Part shown: positions 1 through 11,238 of the stretch, piece after piece
Layout: each line of letters opens with the position of its first letter
How positions within the stretch are numbered: position 1 is the first letter of the stretch
NCBI GenBank assembly: GCA_963693365.1
Contig: CAVNZM010000013.1
Location: 2,071,817-2,135,816, forward strand
Source of the DNA: Amoebidium appalachense
Lineage: Eukaryota > Protista > Ichthyosporea
Direction: 5' to 3'
Length of the DNA: 64,000 bases
The notes under the pieces: model-generated
What the model was told of the DNA's origin: nothing
Database searches by the model: none
Seen by the model: only the letters and a program-made list of their open reading frames with translations
Position numbers and translations under genes: made by a program

Positions 1-7
1 AACACAC

Positions 8-104
<97 letters not shown>
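1..104. repeat. (CATACA)n microsatellite
   Basis: Hexamer repeat is directly visible at the start of the window. Confidence 0.95.
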
Positions 105-105
<1 letters not shown>

Positions 106-392
106 GGTTAGTATGCAATCCTCTGGGTCCCATCCACCTCTGCTTTCTCCCGTACCGCTTCTCACTCTCATCCCCTCCCCCCCTCCTCTCCCCTCCCCCC
201 CTCCCCGCACGCCTGGGGGACCCCCACCCTAACACCTACTCAGCTCTACCAATGCTCTCCCTCTCCTCAGATCCTTCCCATTGCCCTAATTACCTCATAA
301 TCCCCCACCCTCCAACCAATGCGGCACACCACCCACCCACAGTGTTTCATCATAAAACTTAACGTTTCATCATAAAATTTAACGGTGCATAC

Positions 393-1857
393 CCATTGGT
401 CTGCCGTGTGGTCGTACTCCTGGATAACAAACTCGGGCTCTGGCTCCCCAAAGTCCGACAGCTCCCCATCCTCCCTCTCTTCACCCCCCGGCCTGCTGTA
501 GGGTGAGTGAGTAAGTGAGTGAGTGAGTGTATGTATGTGTGCATGTCCGCATGTGTGTGCACATGGCCTATGTATGCTTTCTTTGCGGGGAGAACCAGGG
601 AGGGGGTGGAGGGGGCAGGAGCGAAGGAGGGAGTGGGGCAGTTCGTCAGAATTCTGAGTTGCTGAGGCAAAGAAAACCATAACGGACTTCAGTGTGTGCT
701 TTGTGGAGGCCCATTGGTTGGTGGTGGTGACTGACCACACACCAAAACCATGAAAACAAAAACAGAGAGACAGAGCATACACACAGCACCCACCAATAGG
801 CAGTTTTCATTGCTTCCCGCCCCTGGGACAGAGGGTAAGAGGGGAGAGGGGTAATGTGTGTTATAGAGTACGAAGTACACAGCTATGAAAGACTGCAGAG
901 TGGGGAATGGAGGGTGGGAGGTGGGGGGAAAGAGGGGGGAGGGGGGGGGAGGGGGGGGGGGGGGGAGGGGGGGGAAGTCACCTCAAAGGCTTCAGAGGCA
1001 TTGGGTTGACTGGTGGCGGTACCCTGGGGGCTGGATGATAGACGTCAACACCAAACCTCCACTCCCTACCCCCTCCCCCCCCCCCCCCCCCCTTCAAAAC
1101 ACGCACACACACACACACACACACACCTCCTACCCCATCCACACACCACCCACAAAACCTGGCCAGCCAAAATCGAAGGAAAAAAGAGGTGAAAGAGGGG
1201 AGAGGGAAAAGGGGATTGGTCTGTGTGTGAGCCTTATCCCAGAGGGGAGAGGAATCACACACCAATACATTCCACCCACCAGCCAGCCAACCAACCACCC
1301 ACCCTCTGTTCTCCTCCCCCACCCCCTCCCCCTCCCCACCCGCCCCTTCCCTCCCTTGCTCCTCCCCCCCCCCCCCCCTTTCCGGAGGCTTCCACAGAAA
1401 GCAACACCACAATACCCCCAGAGAGTCACGGCATTACCCTTGCCTTGTGTTAGCCCCCCCCCCCCCCCCCCCCCCCTCCCCCCCCCCCCCTCCTCTGCTC
1501 CTTCCCCCACGCTAACTTCCCCTTCCCCCCCATTCCCCGCACCCCACCCCCCCATCCCATCAACCCCCCCTTCCCCCCCCCCCCCCCCCCCCTTCCCCCC
1601 CCCCCCCCCTCTCCTCCCTCCTCCCCCTCTCCACAACCCAGCCACTGAACTGCAATTATTCCATCCTATCTTCCTCATTTCCAGATGCTGCCCTCCCCCT
1701 CCCCCCTCCCCCCTCACCCCCAGGGCTGCCGCCGCTGGGCCCCAATCCGCATTCTGAAAGCTCAAACAAATAAGGGCAGGCAAGCATTTGTCTTCCCAAA
1801 CATTTTTCTTTCCCATACCCTATGCCCGAACCCAAGAGCTGCCTTTCCATTCACATA

Positions 1858-1892
<35 letters not shown>

Positions 1893-2174
1893 TCCTTCCT
1901 TCCCCGGTGTCCTTCAACTGGCTCTAGGGGGCAGGACGGAGGGAGGGAGGAGGGAGGGAGGGGGGGCGGGGAGAAGGGGGAGGAGGGGGAGGAGGGGAGA
2001 GGGGGGGGGGGGGGGTGTTCGGATAGGCACCTTGCACAGGTGGTCGTACCCCCACCAGGCCCATGGCAAAGGGGTTGGGCTGTGCGGTGCCGCCATTGAT
2101 GAAGGGGCTGCTGGTGAACCCACCACCAAACACGGGCCGAGGGGCCATGACTGGACGGGGGAGAGTGCCCGGTG

Positions 2175-2248
<74 letters not shown>

Positions 2249-2595
2249 CACACACACATGCCGGTTGGCGGTTGGCGGGGGGCGGGGGGAGGGGGGGGAG
2301 GGGAGAGGGGGGGGAAGAGGGGGATGGTTAGTGTGTGGAACAAGTGGAGCGCTTAGCAGGGGGGGGGGGGGGGGGGGGGAGGGGGAGGGGGGAGGGGAGG
2401 CGGGAAGAGAGAGCAGAACAGAGTCAACATGGTAATAAAGAGAAGTTTTGCAGAGTGCTGGTGAAGGGAGGGGGGGGAGGAGGAAGAAGTAAGAGAGAGA
2501 CTGGGGATTCAACCGACCAGCGGCAGTGTGCCAGACAGCTTGGAAAGTCAACTGTATGCATTCAAGTGTGAGCCCACACGGTTACACACGGTCAC

Positions 2596-2681
<86 letters not shown>

Positions 2682-2706
2682 CACGCACAAACAAACACAC
2701 ACACAT

Positions 2707-2737
<31 letters not shown>

Positions 2738-2941
2738 TGCACATTCACATGCACACGCACAAACACACACGAACATACGCATGCACACACGCACACATGC
2801 ATACACACGAATACACACGAACATGCGCATGCACACACACACACACGCGCGCGCGCGAGCGCTCGCGCACGCACACACACACACACACACACATGCACAT
2901 GCACACACACGAACACACACGAATACACGCATGCACACACG

Positions 2942-3029
<88 letters not shown>

Positions 3030-3332
3030 AGCACACGGTAATTACACACACTCTCACGCACAAGCAGCACACACGCACTTCCGTTTACCCGCAAACACAT
3101 TCACACAGGCGGATACTTCAAGTGTGTGTGTATGTGTGCCCACCACATACGTGCACGCACGCGCACGAACATTTGCACACAAAAGCACACGACCGCGTGT
3201 ACACACACACAAACACACGTGCACGCACATAGACACACACACGCGTACACGTACACACACACGTGCACGCACACACACGCGCACCTGTGGCCTCTGCTGG
3301 CCCACCCATGGAGGGGGTGGTACTGACGCCAT
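393..3332 (-). CDS. 5' part of a spliced gene with a Pro/Gly-rich low-complexity N-terminus; probably continues off the left edge; product unknown
   Basis: Exon 3332-3285 (MASVPPPPWVGQQRPQ, donor gtgcgc) joins in phase 0 to exon 2175-2031 (APGTLPRPVMAPRPVFGGGFTSSPF..., acceptor (ca)n-cag). A further exon-like block at 495-393 (RPGGEEREDGELSDFGEPEPEFVIQEYDHTADQW) has tacag and gtatgc boundaries. Intermediate exons lie in poly-G tracts and could not be resolved. Confidence 0.55.
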
Positions 3333-4318
3333 TCTTTGCACCTGTTTTCACTGTAACCTTACACCACCCACCACTACTGACACCACCTATATGCCGCGTG
3401 TAGCGTGCTACCACTAGAGTATGGTGTCTGGCAGATAAGTCTGTAGAATTAATAATATGAAACTGTTGGCCCACGTTCTCTGGATAAGCCTTGTACATGT
3501 GCGATGGTCAATCCAACTGTCCGTGAGCACGTGTACGGCAAGTGGCTCGCCAAAACGTTACTGGAAATGTGTGACGTAAATCTACTGATCCTTTAGATGT
3601 AGCGAATCAGCATATTTTTTTTTTTTCCAGCATACTGTATTGTATGAAAAATTCGATTGCATAATTTGCATTCCGATCCTGAGATCAAAGATTACCACTA
3701 ATTTAGGCTATCCCTCGGGGGAGGTTTGCGCCGACTGTTTGCCAGGGGCACGGCTGAGACCAATGCGTCATGTTAAAGCACTCAAAACGCACGCATGTAT
3801 GACATTTCTACAGAAGTTTAAAAGACTTCCATGCACATTTTAATGATCTAATAGTATTAGCTTGCTTTGTTTCTACATATGTAAACTTTCAGTACACTGC
3901 TGACTCCATGTACTGAGGTCAAAGCCGCGAAACCTCGGGAGTACTAGTACTAACATTAGTATGAGCCACCGTAACCTTGGAGACTGCACCGATTGGATAG
4001 GAGCGCACCCTTCGGAATGTTCATGACGACAAAACTTCTCGAAAATCAAAAGAAAAAATTGAACTGGAGAAAAACGAAACCTTTGAAGTTGGAAAAACAT
4101 AGCTATGTACATAACGGCGGTGCGCGCGCAGGTCTATGCCCTAAATTAGTGCACAGAAACACCGTGGAGATAATACTAGGGGATTTTACACCATATATGC
4201 TCAGAGAAATTTATATAGCAAGGAACGGCCCTGCCCAATTATAACTACGCACTTGTGGAACCAAGGGCCTGCTGAAACCGTTATTAGTTAGTTGCCTGTA
4301 CCCACCCATCCACCGAGA

Positions 4319-6167
4319 ATGACCACCCCTACATACGATCCCGACCCTCATGTTCGCGTCCCACCCGCACCCATATCAGGTCAGGGGTACAAGAGCTTGG
4401 CGGAAACCATTCGTTCTCTCCTTCCTTCACCCACGCTCCTTTCCGGGCGCAAGGCAGTGGTGTGCCTAGACATATACCATGGGCCTGGATGGGAGGATGT
4501 TGTGAGGGGTTTGCAGGGAGAATGGCAGGGGCAGGCCGAGTGGTTCAGCACTACGGATGCACTTAACACACAGAGCGAGATGGACCCCATCGCCGCACCA
4601 TATGCTAGCTTCGACCCGGTGTTCGGTCGTGTCTGTGAGCGCGACCTTCGTGTGTTTTTCAACGATGCCAAGTGGCTGGCGTTTGTTCGCAGGGTGCAGG
4701 ACGCTATTTCTGCCCCTATGTGCACTCCTACGGATATCGTGTTTGTGACTGGCCCAGGTGCCCTTCTACCGCCTTTGAGAGTTTACGGCGATGTTTCTGT
4801 GTATGCACAGGTACCCCGTGAGTTTGTTTTCTTTGCCAGCGAGGCAGGGAAGATTCGAAACATGTGCGATGACGCCACCACAGACAGGGGCAAGTGGGGA
4901 CGGTACCAGAGGTCTTTCTTCTTCGACTGGCCTGTGCAAATGCGCCACATGGTCGAGACTATTCCCTCGACAGATTTGGTGGTGGACTACAGCGACCCCA
5001 CCAAACCCACATATGCCGACACGGATGCTCTTCTGAGCGCCTACACGGAAATATCGACACAACCCTTCCGTGTGCGCTCTCTGTTCTACCCGGGGGTGTG
5101 GGGGGGTCAGAGGTTGAAGGAGCTGATTCCAAGCCTGCCTAAGAACTGGAAGAATACTGCGTGGGGGTTTGAACTCATCTTCCCCGAAAACACGCTGACG
5201 ATAGAGTTTGGAGGCGGGGAGGGGGTGGAAGGTGTTGTTGTTCGCACGGCGCTTGAGTTTATGCTGCAGCTAAGGGGGAGGGAGGTGCTGGGCAAGAGAA
5301 ACTACCGGCGCTATGGGTCGTTCCTTCCCATCAGGATAGACTATCTGGACACCATGGGGGGGACAAACCTCTCTTGCCAGGTAACTAACTGCTCCTCCCC
5401 CCCCCCCCCCCCACCCCACCCCGCTCTCTCTCTCTCTCTCCTCCCCCCTCCCCCCTCCCCTTCCGCCCTCCCCCCCCCCCCCTCCCCCAGCTTCCCTTGT
5501 GAGGATGGGCTCTATTTATGATAATACTATTGGGGTGTGTTGTTCAAACTCTGTGTTGTGTTGGCCGTTATCAATGTTATCTGGTACTCAAACGCCTTCT
5601 ACCCCCTCCCCCCCGACCTCCGACCTCCCCCTCCCTTGGCTCACCCCTCTGCTTCCCCCCTTTGATCACACACTGTCTACAATCGACCATCTAGTCTTCC
5701 CCTTCTCTCTTTTCTTTTCGTCACAGCCTTGACACCCCTTAGCTATGCCTTTTTGGTTCGTCTCATTTTGTAGCCTTTCACGTCCCCTTTCTTCGCTTGC
5801 TCCCTCACTACCCCATATCTACCTTCCCACGATACCTGCCCCCCTTCCCCCCGGCTCCCCTGCCGCCGCCGGCCACCCTTCCCGCTCCTTTCCCCACCCT
5901 CACCTCAAAAGAAAGACCAATCTACAACTACATTAATGATAACAGAACTCATAGACAGTGGGAATACACAGACGCTCAAACCCTCCCTTCCCAATGCAGG
6001 TGCACCCCCCCGACGACTACATCAGTGCGCACTTCCATGAGCCGTTTGCGCAGCATGAGTCCTATTACGTGCAGGAGACAAGGGGGGGTGCAGTGTCATA
6101 CATCGGACTGACAGAGAATACTGACAAGGACAAGTTTCTACATGATGTCAAGATGGCGCAGGTGTGT

Positions 6168-6219
<52 letters not shown>

Positions 6220-7806
6220 TGGGAATGCTGGGGGGCCAAAGCTAGCGGGACTCCGGGGGGGGGGGGGGGGGGGGGGGGGCTGGGGGACCTGGGTACGTGG
6301 CCAACCCAGTCCATTTTTTTCCAGCCAAAACATGCAGAGAACCCTCTACAACAACAGCCAAAACATGTTGTAGGAACCATCTATATGTGATAATACACAC
6401 TTTTGGCACGAAAACCACACGAAACCCCCGTTTCTCACGATCAGATGCATACAAGGAATCTTGCAGTACGTAAATGTTTGGGGCAACAATTCCCCGCCCT
6501 CCCCCGGAGAGCCCATCACTCCTTATTCAAGCCGCTAGCAATCAAGCCCCACCTGCTCTATCTTACACTCGCCCTTCCTCCCAACCTCGCGGTACATTGC
6601 TCCTCTCCAAACACCACCACCACCACCTTGGCTTCCTGTTTACCTCTCCCCTCCCACCCCCCACCTCCCCCCTCTCTTTCCCCTTTGTCAACCCACCAAC
6701 CTCCTCCCTTCCCCTCCCGCTTTCCTTCCCGTGCATTCTCCTCCGCCACCCCCCCACCCCTCCTCCCTTTCCTTTTATCCCCCTTACCAACCCTCATCAT
6801 CCCCCCCCCCCCCCCCCCCCCTCCCCATTCCCCCCTTTACCCCGATCCCGCCCTGCCCTGACAGTTCCCAGTCGTTAACCACACACCTTGTTTTGTCGTT
6901 ACTTTAAGGGTGCTGTGTGATGGCTAATTCATGTCTTTTTCAGGAAAAAGCCGTTCCCTTCGACATCACCAAACACGTCAATGCATGGCCCTGCAAAAGG
7001 GGGGATGTATTCATGATTCCCGCAGGCACCGTGCACTGCAGCGGCTCTGAAAATTTGGTGCTCGAAATTTCAGCCACACCGTGGATATACACGTTCAAGA
7101 TATACGACTATCTACGTACCGACCTGGACGGAAATCCCCGGCCAATCAGCTACCAACGTGCTTTTGAGGTGATAGACTTCACCCGCAAGACCCAATTTTC
7201 ACGGGAAAACCTCGTGCGAAAACCCCGTTTGATCAGCGAAAATTCAGCCATGGGATATACCCAGTGGCTGATAACCGACCTGCCCCTGGTGCCCTACGTA
7301 GTCGAGCGAATCGAATTTGCGTCGCCCAGCAACGGCCAATCGTTTTCCGATTCTGCCGCCGACGGGATACACGTGCTCGTGTGCGTGCACGGGCCTGGGT
7401 GTGTGGTCGAAAGCCACACGGGAAAAGTGTGTGTGAACTACGCAGAGACGGTCATTGTTCCTGCAAATGCCGGAAAGTACCAGATTGTTCCAGTATGCGG
7501 GGGAGGACCGGTGGAGGTGTTGAAGGTGTACGTGCACGAGGGATATGCACCCAGGGTGTATCCACGCCCAGGGGAGGAAATTACGCAAGAGGGGGGTCTG
7601 AGGGTGGCAATAGGGGTGGATGTGGGGGGTACGGGGGTGAGGACGGCCCTGTATGCAAAGGGCAGTGGGGGTGCACCCGTGGCTTTGACCAGCCCCATGC
7701 TCGTGAGCATCCCAACCCTCCCCCCCCCCCCCTCCCTCCCTCCCCTTCGGTCTCCCCCATTAAAGGCCCACACATGAATATTCACACACACACACACACA
7801 CACACA

Positions 7807-7848
<42 letters not shown>

Positions 7849-8220
7849 CACACGTACACGTACACATACACACACACGTACACACGTACACACGTATAGG
7901 TGCACACACACGTACACACGTACACACATGGGCACACAGGAAGGCACCATGATCTGTGCCTGTCTTCGCTCTGGTCCGCGAGCCCCCCCACCACCCACCA
8001 CACCGCAAGCAATGGGCAACCCCTATTGGCACACACGTGTCTGTATGCAACACCCTCGGAGTACATACTGCCACTGCATTTTCTTTCACGTCTCACCCCT
8101 ATTGGCACACACGTGTCTGTATGCAACACCCTCGGAGTACATACTGCCACTGCATTTTCTTTCACGTCTCCGTCACGTCCAAACTCCTTCCCGGCCTATA
8201 GTGCATAAAAATAGGAAACT

Positions 8221-8251
<31 letters not shown>

Positions 8252-8455
8252 ATCCCCACCCGATCCCACTGGGCCGTCTGCCCTCGTCCCCTCCCCCCTC
8301 CCCCCCCCCCCCCCGGGCACTCCCACACACACACACACATGACACTCACACACACACACACACATACACACACAAACACCACCGGTAGCCCGATTCTTTC
8401 TCGAACATTGACCTCCGTTTCTTTCTCGAACATTGACCTCCGTTTCTATACAAAC

Positions 8456-8524
<69 letters not shown>

Positions 8525-9359
8525 CCCACTGGACGCGAACGGCAGCCGGGAGTTGATCCTGTCGACCATTGCAAATGCCCTCATTGCCGAACATGGAAGG
8601 ATGACCGACTTACGGGCCGGGTCGGTTCGACGGGCCCCCGTACCCATGACCCTAGCCGGAATCGGAATAGGATGTCCCGGGCCATTCGACTATCCCAATG
8701 GTATATGCCTGATCAAGGGGTTGGCCAAGTACGAGAGCATATACGGTCTAAACATGTGCGAGGAACTCGCAAGACGATTGGTCGACGCAGGCGTGGATCT
8801 AGCTGAGCGGCCAATCAAATTCTGGAACGATGCGCTGGTTGCCGGGGTGGGCGGTGCGGGCTTGGCCAATAGGACGCAAGGAAAGGCCATCTATGTGTGC
8901 CTGGGCACGGGATTTGGCACGTGCTATCTTATTGATGGCGTGCCGGCACATGAGGGCTCAGAGGGAATGCCCCCTAACGGGTGGCTGTACAATCGGCCCA
9001 CTACTGAGGGGGGTCCTATTGCTGACGAGGTATTTTCAAACCGGGGGCTGGAGGCAAGGTGTGGTGTTAGCGTGGAGGTGGCGGTGAAAATGGCGAGGGA
9101 AGGGGACGAAACTATGCGGAGACATTTCCGTGAGTTTGGGGCCGAGCTGGGGGTGTTTTTGCGCAAGGCGGCGAGCGAATTTGGGGCGTGCGAGGTGCTG
9201 ATTGGAGGGGGGATAGTGCGGGGGTATGATTTGTTTGGGGGGGAGGTGGGGAGGGAGTTGGAGGGGGTGGGGTGTGAGGCCGTGCCACTTGCGAACCTGG
9301 GGACGGTGCCTGCGATCGTGGGTGCGTGTTTAATGTTGTGGGGGGAGACTGGTGCTTAG
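4319..9359 (+). CDS. Fusion protein of about 939 aa: long-form class I mannose-6-phosphate isomerase (cupin) plus a C-terminal ROK-family sugar kinase
   Basis: Exons 4319-5380, 6000-6161, 6944-7702 and 8523-9359, all GT-AG and phase 0. PMI motifs: VWGGQRL, YLDTMGGTNLSCQ|VHP, QHESYY, IPAGTVH, VLEIS, TFKIYDY. ROK motifs: IGVDVGGT, GIGIGCPGPFDY, WNDA, LGTGFG, IGGGI. Confidence 0.92.
8019..8170. repeat. 76-bp tandem duplication in intron 3 of the PMI-ROK gene
   Basis: The unit acccctattggcacacacgtgtctg...ttctttcacgtctc starts at 8019 and again at 8095. Confidence 0.9.
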
Positions 9360-10135
9360 ACACGTGGGTGGGTGTGCACGTGTTCAGTAGATCCTATGGT
9401 TTGATTGGCTGCTATTAAAAGATCCTCCCGCGCTGATTGGGTCTCTCAGCATACCACTGTGCTTTATCGGGAGTTTGGACGCCTTTTTTGTTTCTGGTGT
9501 TCCGAATTTGGCAACGCATACACGGCAGCCAAAAACCCACTAGGGAGTGGTGTAACGATTAAAAACTAAGAAGATTATATGCCGGTGTTTAAGATTATTA
9601 AAGTGCCATGATATATGGTATTAGCCTGTACCAGGCTGGGTTGTTATAGTTTAGGTTCAAGACTTTGCAACCAACCATGCGTATAAATGAAAACAAGCAT
9701 ATTGGACATGGATTGGTTAATCTTCCATAGCATAGAACACAGATCTAGAATTTTGTCATAGTTATCCGTTGGATATCATTTTTAGAACATATTAGCGGTA
9801 GGGCACGGCAGGGGTAAAGCATTCTGCATAAGCATGACTCGTCATAACGGGCGATCTGAGGGACTGCCTTTGTACATGTACACAATGTTGTCATCGACTT
9901 AGCTGAAAGTACTGCACTTTGCTTGGGGTTTAGATTACACATTGGTGGGTCACATGATCACAAAAGTGACAGCGATTGTAATTTGGTTAACCCTCCCCCT
10001 CACCGCTTCAACACACACAATCTGTACACACACAGAAAAATGAGCGAGGGAGGGGGACCGAGGAATTGAGAAAGGGAGACGGACGGAGAGGGAGAGAGAA
10101 TCTGAGAAAAAGACAGGGGGAGAGAGACTGACTTG

Positions 10136-10136
<1 letters not shown>

Positions 10137-10208
<72 letters not shown>
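10137..10208. repeat. Poly-G homopolymer of about 72 nt, the longest of dozens of poly-G/poly-C tracts
   Basis: Directly visible. The exact length is unreliable in any assembly. Confidence 0.9.
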
Positions 10209-10209
<1 letters not shown>

Positions 10210-10353
10210 GAGGGGGAGGGGGGGGGATAGAGGATGTGCCTGTGTGCACGTGTAGTACGTGTTTGTGTGAGGAAGGAAAAACACCTCCCACCGGGGAAAC
10301 ATCGTATGCGAGTTGTCAGTTGGTCACAGACAAACTCACGCTCCTCTTATTCC

Positions 10354-10387
<34 letters not shown>

Positions 10388-10517
10388 TTGGGCCTCCCTG
10401 AGGATGGGCTCTGCTTATGACGCATACTGTGCGCATGGCTGATGTTGCATACTTGAATGTTTGCCTTTGCGTGTGTCCTTCGTGTATGCGTACTTCGTAC
10501 CGTGTTCCGCATTCAAA
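10388..10517 (+). repeat. Dispersed repeat of about 130 bp flanked by poly-C (copy A)
   Basis: ccctgaggatgggctctgcttatgacgcatact...gttccgcattcaaa recurs inverted at 31272-31419 and diverged at 29516-29640. Confidence 0.85.
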
Positions 10518-10941
10518 CCCCCCCCCCCCCCCCCCTTCCACACCCACCCTTCCCCTTCGAATTCCTCGGGCTATCTAATCGCCCCCCCCAGCGCTGGCGC
10601 CTCGGTAGATTCTAATATTTTTGCATTTTATATGTTTGCATTTTATAACTCTAAATGCGGAATATTAGTAGTGAATATTGTATATTCTGAAATTTCTTTT
10701 TATAATGACTTTATTGATATTCTCGTCAAAATAGAGATAATCGAGATATCACTGTAGATATCTCAGCGAAGAAAATACAAAAAAACCTTACTCTCGGATA
10801 CGGATAAGATAAAATTTCCAAGCCCCCCCCCCCCCCCCCCCCCCCCCTCCTCCTCCTCCTCCTCCTCCATGGAACCGAATAACGGCCAGCGGTCGTCACT
10901 GAGTCACATGTAACAGTTCAGACGTACATTGCGCCGGTTAA

Positions 10942-11238
10942 AGGGGGTTTCTTTTCGCTTTCCGGGTCGGGTCGGGTCAGAGGGATTTCTATCAATGTGA
11001 TTGGCGTGCTGCTCATCGGCTGCGCACCATCGTTTGGCCGGCAGCATGTTACAGATGCGCCATAGTACAACAAAAATAAAAAGGAAAGAGAGAAAAAGGA
11101 AGGAAAGAAGGGGAAAATAATAATGAAGTGTCAGGAAGAAGATTGTAGCTCCAGATTTTGATTTATATATGCTGAGCAAATGGCTTGGCCCGAATGTGCT
11201 GGAATGGGGACTATTAATCGGCCCAAAAGAAACCCCCT
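10942..11238. mobile_element. Non-autonomous DNA transposon (MITE), Kolobok-like, 297 bp
   Basis: Perfect 14-bp TIR AGGGGGTTTCTTTT / AAAAGAAACCCCCT, flanked by TTAA at 10938-10941 and 11239-11242. A TTAA target duplication with purine-purine termini is typical of Kolobok. Confidence 0.8.

Noticed and set aside
885-3417. Plus-strand Pro-rich and His/Thr-rich ORFs
   Set aside because: They derive from poly-C and CA tracts; the real exons are on the minus strand.
4319-9359. Bacterial contamination or chimeric assembly
   Set aside because: Three canonical phase-0 introns with host-type repeats split the gene, one inside the conserved Q|VHP motif.
10565-10825. AT-rich segment with GGGCT...AGCCC ends as a MITE
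   Set aside because: Only a 5-bp terminal match and no identifiable TSD.
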